Assembly (NCBI GenBank): GCA_964360085.1
Contig: CAYHVJ010000002.1
Span: forward strand, 1 to 35,416
Reading direction: 5' to 3'
Length of the DNA stretch: 35,416 nucleotides
Source: an uncultured Candidatus Saccharibacteria bacterium
Lineage (GTDB): Bacteria; Patescibacteriota; Minisyncoccia; Phycocordibacterales; SBAW01
The stretch's first letter is position 1. Each line of letters begins with the position of its first letter. Under the pieces are notes generated by a model. It saw only the letters and a program-made list of their open reading frames with translations. It ran no database searches and was not told where the DNA came from. Below are positions 30,591-35,416 of the stretch, in pieces. The position numbers and the translations under genes are program-made.

Positions 30591-32279
30591 ATGAGCCCAG
30601 TCGAAGTCGCGCGCAATACCCTTAAAACATTCGTTAACGCTATGAACATCGAGGTGCGCGGCATGCACCAGGCCGCGTACCTTTTGGCGCTTTTTGCCCT
30701 GCTCTCGCAGCTACTTGCGCTGGTGCGCGACCGCCTGCTTGCAAGCTCTTTCGGTGCGTCGCACACGCTCGACGTGTATTACGCGGCGTTCCGCGTGCCG
30801 GACATGCTGTTCGCCACTGCCGCGTCGCTCCTGTCGCTCTACGCGCTCCTGCCGGTACTCTCGCGGCTGGAGGCGCAAGGGAGGGGGAGCGTCGGGTTCT
30901 TAAGCAAAACACTTCTGCTTTTCTTTGTGGCGATGGGCGCGCTTGCGTCGGCTCTTTTTATATGCGCTCCGTACTTGGCAACGCTCGTCGCCCCGGGAAT
31001 CGCCGGGGATAACTTAGTGGTACTCATGCGCATTTTACTGCTCCAGCCGATATTGCTCGGCGCCAGCAACATACTGGCGTCGCTCACCCAGCTGAGGCAC
31101 CGCTTCCTGCTCTACTCAGTTTCGCCCTTGCTCTATAATCTCGGGATTATATTCGGCATTGTGGCGCTCTATCCGGTGCTCGGACTCCCCGGCCTCGCAT
31201 GGGGAGTGGTTTTGGGCGCGGCTCTACACGTGGCTGTACAAGTGCCTTTCTTTTCCTCCGAACGCGGAGCCGCTGTGCCGGTATGGGAAGCCTGGCGGCA
31301 CGTGCGCGAGGTGCTTACACTTTCGGTACCGCGCACACTGGCGCTCTCGATGGGACAGATGTCGCTCCTTGCCTTGACCGCCATGGCGTCGTTTCTTGCG
31401 CCGGGCTCTATTGCGGTGTTTACCTTCGCCTTTAATCTGCAGGCGGTACCTCTCGCTATCATCGGCGTTTCGTACTCGGTGGCGGCGTTCCCGACGCTTG
31501 CGCGCCTGCATGCGGCGGGGGAGAGCGGAGAGTTTATGCGCCATATCGAGGCGGCGCTCCGGCACATGCTTTTTTGGGCCATACCCGCTACGGTGTTTGT
31601 CATAGTCCTGCGCGCGCAGCTGGTGCGGACGATACTCGGCGCGGGCGCGTTCGACTGGGATGCCACGAGGCTCACCGCTGCGGCTTTGGCGCTGTTTGTC
31701 GTGTCGCTTTGCGCGCAGAGCATTACACTGCTTATATCGCGCGGATACTATGCGGCCGGGCGCTCGGCGCGTCCGCTTATGTTTGCACTGGTGTCGGTTG
31801 CAGTTTCGATACTGAGCGCCTCTGCTCTTATGGCCGCCTTTCATGGCAGTATATTTTGGCGCTACTTCCTCGAATCGATGCTGCGCGTCTCCGACCTGCC
31901 GGGCACGACGGTGCTCATGCTTGCGCTCGGCTACTGCCTCGGCGCTCTGGTGCAGGCGGGGATCGGTTTGTACTTTTTTTCCCGCGACTTTTCCTTCCCG
32001 CTCGGGCCTCTGCGCAGGCTTTCGTTTGAGAGTTTTACCGCGTCGGTTATCGGCGGAGCGGCCGCCTACAGCACTCTTGCATACTTAGGCGCGCGTCTTG
32101 ATATAAATACCGTGGTCGGCATCGTCTCGCAGGGCGCGCTGGCGGGAGTGTTCGGCCTTATGGTTACCGCTGCAATGCTCGCGCTCCTCCAAAACCGTGA
32201 ACTTATCGAAGCGTACGGCGCTTTGCACAAGCGCTTTGTAAAAGAGCCTCCGGCGGTCGAAGCCACCGACGTCGCTTAA
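30591..32279 (+). CDS. murJ: lipid II flippase MurJ
   Basis: LALVRDRLLASSFGASHTLDVYYAAFRVPDMLF and a 14-TM MOP-family layout. Confidence 0.85.
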   Translation: MSPVEVARNTLKTFVNAMNIEVRGMHQAAYLLALFALLSQLLALVRDRLLASSFGASHTLDVYYAAFRVPDMLFATAASLLSLYALLPVLSRLEAQGRGSVGFLSKTLLLFFVAMGALASALFICAPYLATLVAPGIAGDNLVVLMRILLLQPILLGASNILASLTQLRHRFLLYSVSPLLYNLGIIFGIVALYPVLGLPGLAWGVVLGAALHVAVQVPFFSSERGAAVPVWEAWRHVREVLTLSVPRTLALSMGQMSLLALTAMASFLAPGSIAVFTFAFNLQAVPLAIIGVSYSVAAFPTLARLHAAGESGEFMRHIEAALRHMLFWAIPATVFVIVLRAQLVRTILGAGAFDWDATRLTAAALALFVVSLCAQSITLLISRGYYAAGRSARPLMFALVSVAVSILSASALMAAFHGSIFWRYFLESMLRVSDLPGTTVLMLALGYCLGALVQAGIGLYFFSRDFSFPLGPLRRLSFESFTASVIGGAAAYSTLAYLGARLDINTVVGIVSQGALAGVFGLMVTAAMLALLQNRELIEAYGALHKRFVKEPPAVEATDVA

Positions 32280-32289
32280 ATATAAAAAA

Positions 32290-32315
32290 GCCTCGGACCG
32301 TGGTCCGAGGCTTTT
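32290..32315. terminator. bidirectional terminator
   Basis: An A-run, then GCCTCGGACC..GGTCCGAGGC, then TTTT. It sits between convergent genes. Confidence 0.7.
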
Positions 32316-32342
32316 GAGTGAGGGGTTAAGTGAGGCGGTTGG

Positions 32343-32582
32343 TTAATCCTTGCGGGGACAAACAACATAGCCCCCTTTCCCTGTTAAGTTCATTTCTTCC
32401 GCGATCCAGACCACTTCGCGACGGCCTCCGTCCGGTCTCGGCTTCGCGCATTCCGCATCGATGCGGTCGTAGCGAGCCTTGACTGGATCGACGGGGTGGA
32501 AGTAATTTGCCGCGGCGATGGTCGTGATGATGGCGACAGAAATGACAGCGGCGATGCCGCCGTATTCGGTAGCAGTAGCCAT
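32343..32582 (-). CDS. small membrane-anchored hypothetical protein (79 aa)
   Basis: AGGAG Shine-Dalgarno 6 nt upstream. TM helix GGIAAVISVAIITTIAAA. Confidence 0.5.
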   Translation of the reverse strand: MATATEYGGIAAVISVAIITTIAAANYFHPVDPVKARYDRIDAECAKPRPDGGRREVVWIAEEMNLTGKGGYVVCPRKD

Positions 32583-32753
32583 GGTAGTCTCCTGACTGTT
32601 TGGGTGAATTCAAAACAACTCTCCTCTGTAGTATACACCCGTACAACAGATTTGTCAAGTAGTCAACCGAGAAAGCCTTATTTCTAGCCTTAAAGTGACG
32701 AGGTGTGGATAGTTTATCTTGTTTGCACAAATGGCTCAGTATATAATGGAACT

Positions 32754-33590
32754 ATGGGCAGGCAAAAAATTCAAATTTCAGAAGCTAGTTTGCGAGAGTT
32801 GTATCTGATAAAAAAATGGACACCACGCAAAATTGGCCTGCAATTTAACTGCGACGGAATAACGATAAGAAACCGTTTAAAAGAATTAGGAATACCCTTC
32901 AAAACCAAAAGCAGTGCTCAGACTAAATACTCCAGATATGACTTCGACGGTACAGAGACTGAGAGGGCTTATATGCTCGGATTCCGATACGGGGACTTGA
33001 ATGTGTATAAACCGAAAGGAAAATCTGAAACCATCGTCGTCCGCTGTCATACCACCCACACTGTTCAAGAAGATTTGTTTAAAAAACTATTTGCCAAATA
33101 TGGGACTATTACCGTTTCTCGTAATGACCGTAGCATGCATATGAATTGCTACCTAAACCATTCATTCAGTTTTTTGTTGCCAAAATACAATAATCAAGAG
33201 CGCGAGTGGTTGCTACAAGACAGTAAACGTATGTGGGCATTTATCGCCGGCTACATAGACGCAGAAGGTACCTTTGGCATTTACGAAAATCGAGGAAGAT
33301 TCAAGGTAGATGCGTATGACATTCTTATTCTTAAAGAGATGCATGAATTCCTTGTTCATAATGGAATTAGGAGTATCATGCGGATTATCGTGAGGAAAGG
33401 ACAACCCGGCAACGGAAGCTATTGGAATAACGATGTGTGGCGCATAAACGTGAACGAGTCGAACTCGCTCGCGATATTTATAACCAACCTACTGCCGTTT
33501 CTCATGCATAAAAAACGAGTTAAAGATGCACGGGCAGTACTCAAAAATGTATTGAAAAGACAACTAAATGGAAAGATTAAAACACATTAG
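32754..33590 (+). CDS. free-standing double-motif LAGLIDADG homing endonuclease with N-terminal HTH
   Basis: Motif 1 is YMLGFRYGDLNV and motif 2 is FIAGYIDAEGTF. Low GC. TATAAT at 32742-32747 lies 6 nt before the ATG. The 3' end overlaps the lepA start by 23 nt. Confidence 0.8.
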   Translation: MGRQKIQISEASLRELYLIKKWTPRKIGLQFNCDGITIRNRLKELGIPFKTKSSAQTKYSRYDFDGTETERAYMLGFRYGDLNVYKPKGKSETIVVRCHTTHTVQEDLFKKLFAKYGTITVSRNDRSMHMNCYLNHSFSFLLPKYNNQEREWLLQDSKRMWAFIAGYIDAEGTFGIYENRGRFKVDAYDILILKEMHEFLVHNGIRSIMRIIVRKGQPGNGSYWNNDVWRINVNESNSLAIFITNLLPFLMHKKRVKDARAVLKNVLKRQLNGKIKTH

Positions 33591-35385
33591 AAATTTTTGT
33601 ATTATCAGTCATGTAGACCACGGGAAGTCCACTTTGGCTGACCGGTTTTTGGAGGTTACCCATACGATAGAAAAGCGCAAGATGCGCGAACAGGTGCTCG
33701 ACTCCATGGACCTCGAGCGCGAGCGCGGCATTACTATCAAGATGCAACCCGTTAGAATGAAATATGGCGAGTACCAGTTGAATTTGATAGACACGCCCGG
33801 ACACATCGACTTTAGCTATGAAGTATCGCGGGCGCTGACGGCCGTGGAGGGCGCCATATTGCTTGTAGACGCCACACAGGGCGTGCAGGCGCAGACGCTC
33901 ACCACGCTGCGCAGTGCGCGCGAGCAGGGGCTGGTTATTATCCCTGTGATTTCTAAAATCGACTCGCCGCTGGCGCAGGTTGAGGATACAAAACTGCAAC
34001 TCTCCAAACTTCTCGGCGTTTCTGCCGGCGACGTGCTTGCCTGTTCCGGCCGGACAGGGGAGGGCGTCGAGGATTTGTTAAAAGCGGTTATAGAGCGCGT
34101 GCCGCCGCCCAAGAATCAAGGCGACGCCTTAACACCAGGGCTCTCCAAGGCGTCGCCTTTAGCTCACGCGCAAGCGCTGGTGTTTGACTTCCAGTACTCC
34201 GACCACCAAGGCGTCATTGTTTATTTGCGCATGTTCGCCGGGAGGGTTATGAAAGGCGATGCGCTGGAGTTTGCGGCGAGCGGCCGCAGGTTCGCGGCGC
34301 TCGAGGTGGGTACCTTTTCCCCGACGCCAAAAGTCGCCACGTCGCTCAACGCCGGCGAGATAGGCTACATCGTGACAGGCATCAAGGAGCCGGGCTTTGC
34401 CCGCGTCGGCGACACGGTACGCACCCAGAAAAGCGCTACGCCGCCCCTGCACGGCTATGCGGAGCCGCGTCCGGTGGTGTGGGCCTCAATCTATCCGGAG
34501 TCGCAGGATGACTTTACCGCCTTGCGCCAAGCGCTCGGCAGGCTGCGGCTCAGCGACTCGTCGCTGTCGTTTGAGGAGGAGTCCTCGGGCATGCTGGGCA
34601 GGGGCTTTAGGTGCGGCATGCTCGGTATGCTCCACTTGGAGATTGTGACCGAGCGGTTGCGGCGCGAGGCGCATCTGCGGCTCGTCGTTACGACGCCGAG
34701 CATCGAGTATGAAGTTGAGACAAAAGACAGCAAGCGCGTCAGTGTTTACTCGGCGCCGCAGTTCCCCGAGCACGGCCTCATTGCCAAGGTGTGGGAGCCC
34801 TTTGTGGAAGTTGAGATACTCCTACCATCGGACTACTTGGGCAACACGGTCACGCTGCTTTTTGAGCACGAGGCGGTCACCGAGTCGACGGAGAACTTTT
34901 CTGAAGGCCGCATCAAGCTGACCGTGGTGATGCCTCTGCGCGAGCTCATGCGCAACTTTTTTGACAAGATTAAGAGCGCGACCTCCGGCTACGCATCCGT
35001 TTCCTACCAAATGCGGGAGCTTCGGCCTGCAGACGTGGCGCGGCTCGACATACTGGTGGCCGACGAGCTGGTGCCGGCATTCTCCCGCATTGTGGCCAAG
35101 CATCGTGTGGACGAGGAGGCTGTCGCGGCGGTGGAAAAATTGTACGGCATTTTGCCGCGGCAGATGTTCAGTACCAAAATCCAGGGTCAGGCTCTTGGGC
35201 GCATTGTCTCGAGCAGGACCCTTTCGGCTAGAGCCAAAAACGTGACCCAGCACATGTACGGCGGCGACATTACCCGCAAAATGAAACTGCGCGAAAAGCA
35301 AAAGAAGGGCAAGGCAAAGATGAAAGAGCGCGGCAAAGTAAACATACCCGAAGAGGTATTTCTCAAGATGGTAAAAGGCGAGTAA
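33568..35385 (+). CDS. lepA: elongation factor 4 (LepA)
   Basis: IRNFCIISHVDHGKSTLADR, DTPGHIDF and the C-terminal LepA-specific domain. 605 aa. Confidence 0.95.
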   Translation: MERLKHIRNFCIISHVDHGKSTLADRFLEVTHTIEKRKMREQVLDSMDLERERGITIKMQPVRMKYGEYQLNLIDTPGHIDFSYEVSRALTAVEGAILLVDATQGVQAQTLTTLRSAREQGLVIIPVISKIDSPLAQVEDTKLQLSKLLGVSAGDVLACSGRTGEGVEDLLKAVIERVPPPKNQGDALTPGLSKASPLAHAQALVFDFQYSDHQGVIVYLRMFAGRVMKGDALEFAASGRRFAALEVGTFSPTPKVATSLNAGEIGYIVTGIKEPGFARVGDTVRTQKSATPPLHGYAEPRPVVWASIYPESQDDFTALRQALGRLRLSDSSLSFEEESSGMLGRGFRCGMLGMLHLEIVTERLRREAHLRLVVTTPSIEYEVETKDSKRVSVYSAPQFPEHGLIAKVWEPFVEVEILLPSDYLGNTVTLLFEHEAVTESTENFSEGRIKLTVVMPLRELMRNFFDKIKSATSGYASVSYQMRELRPADVARLDILVADELVPAFSRIVAKHRVDEEAVAAVEKLYGILPRQMFSTKIQGQALGRIVSSRTLSARAKNVTQHMYGGDITRKMKLREKQKKGKAKMKERGKVNIPEEVFLKMVKGE

Positions 35386-35416
35386 TATTGCTCTTTAGTA
35401 CGTAAAGGCGAACGAG

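Noticed and set aside
32590-33600. LAGLIDADG ORF as an intein or as part of a group I intron
   Set aside because: It is not in frame inside a host protein. lepA starts within its last codons and has a normal N-terminus. The upstream flank is an intergenic region after a convergent small gene. I saw no obvious split exon, although only a covariance search can fully exclude an intron core.
1-35416. CRISPR arrays, rRNA genes, transposases and integrases
   Set aside because: I saw no regularly spaced direct repeats, no rRNA-like conserved blocks, and no DDE, tyrosine or serine recombinase motifs in any listed ORF.

Overview
The window looks like a bacterial chromosome fragment read with the standard code 11. 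TAA, TAG and, rarely, TGA all end well-supported genes. The backbone is GC-rich, roughly 55-65% by eye. It carries housekeeping genes: groES-groEL, lepA, murJ, secG, RNase J, lexA, htpX/lemA, a cyclophilin, tRNA-Ser(GGA) and RNase P RNA. It also carries many small proteins anchored by an N-terminal TM helix, a sortase/LPXTG pair, a Gmad2-type protein and an RRM protein. This gene content resembles a reduced CPR/Parcubacteria-like genome, but that is inference and I cannot verify it.

The main feature is a low-GC island at about 2160-8350, roughly 30-45% GC by eye, with every gene on the + strand. In order it holds:
- an AbrB/MazE-like gene;
- a promoter, about 145 nt of non-coding sequence, and a terminator;
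- three ORFs I cannot assign to a family: a 95-aa alpha/beta protein, a 4-TM protein, and a 377-aa protein with a PD...E nuclease-like segment and a 9-Cys tail;
- an SPPY amino-methyltransferase;
- a PD-ExK restriction-endonuclease-like gene broken by one in-frame TAA;
- a HEPN-like gene bracketed by an 18-bp direct repeat.

I read this as a defence island. The three unassigned ORFs at 2955-5181 are the best candidate for an undescribed system.

Other observations:
- a roughly 28-nt upstream element shared by lexA and the island methyltransferase;
- a recurring TGnTAnnnT box 4-10 nt upstream of ATG with no Shine-Dalgarno, which suggests leaderless mRNAs;
- an ArsR/TspO/DUF1059 locus with four copies of an 18-bp palindrome;
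- a TrpR-like gene bracketed by identical 24-bp palindromes;
- an alternative-oxidase-family gene;
- a free-standing LAGLIDADG gene overlapping the lepA start;
- a second gene interrupted by an in-frame TAG.

No CRISPR array, rRNA, transposase or integrase was seen. All family assignments rest on motifs I recognised by eye. No searches were run.
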